DNA of 63,934 bases, counting the filler, from Vicugna vicugna (Eukaryota): NCBI GenBank assembly GCA_013265495.1. It is 77 parts of 75 records of this genome, joined end to end, with 100 filler letters (N's around TTAATTAATTAA, not from the genome) between each part and the next. Parts side by side here need not be neighbours in the genome. Positions count along the whole stretch, not along the records: positions 63,140 to 63,934 come from PNXW01017083.1; 76 more parts are not named here. One strand, written 5' to 3'. The notes under the pieces were generated by a model, which saw only the letters and a list, made by a program, of their open reading frames with translations, did no database searches and was not told the origin of the DNA. The position numbers and the translations under genes were made by a program. Below, in pieces: positions 63,871 to 63,934 of the stretch (its first letter is position 1; each line of letters starts with the position of its first letter).

Positions 63871-63934
63871 AACCTCAGACCTCAGTGTAGCCTGCTCTGG
63901 TATTTAATACAACATCACCCTCATCCCATACCCT

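Overview
This window is not a contiguous locus. It is an artificial concatenation of about 77 small unplaced scaffolds (~0.15-2 kb, many with internal N gaps) from a mammalian genome, joined by a fixed 100-bp linker (44 N + TTAATTAATTAA + 44 N; I count ~76). The tRNA-derived SINE type points to a camelid. Adjacency between pieces has no biological meaning. About half of the scaffolds are satellite DNA: (A) a 7-bp-based (AGAATAT-like) AT-rich satellite, (B) a CpG-rich 267-bp satellite plus a diverged ~540-bp dimeric relative (B'), and (C/D/E) a ~250-bp monomer superfamily seen as a ~740-bp trimer, a ~249-bp monomer and a diverged ~252-bp form. The rest is L1, L2, MIR, SINE and Tigger debris and unidentified sequence. 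The gene-derived pieces are two degenerate genomic (non-retroposed) duplicates of the first coding exon of TRAPPC9, which share changes relative to human TRAPPC9, and the 5' end of a disrupted HSFY copy. I can support no intact protein-coding gene, RNA gene or CRISPR array. Most supplied ORFs are artefacts of N runs or of satellite periodicity. All family assignments are by eye and from recalled consensus sequences, not from database searches.
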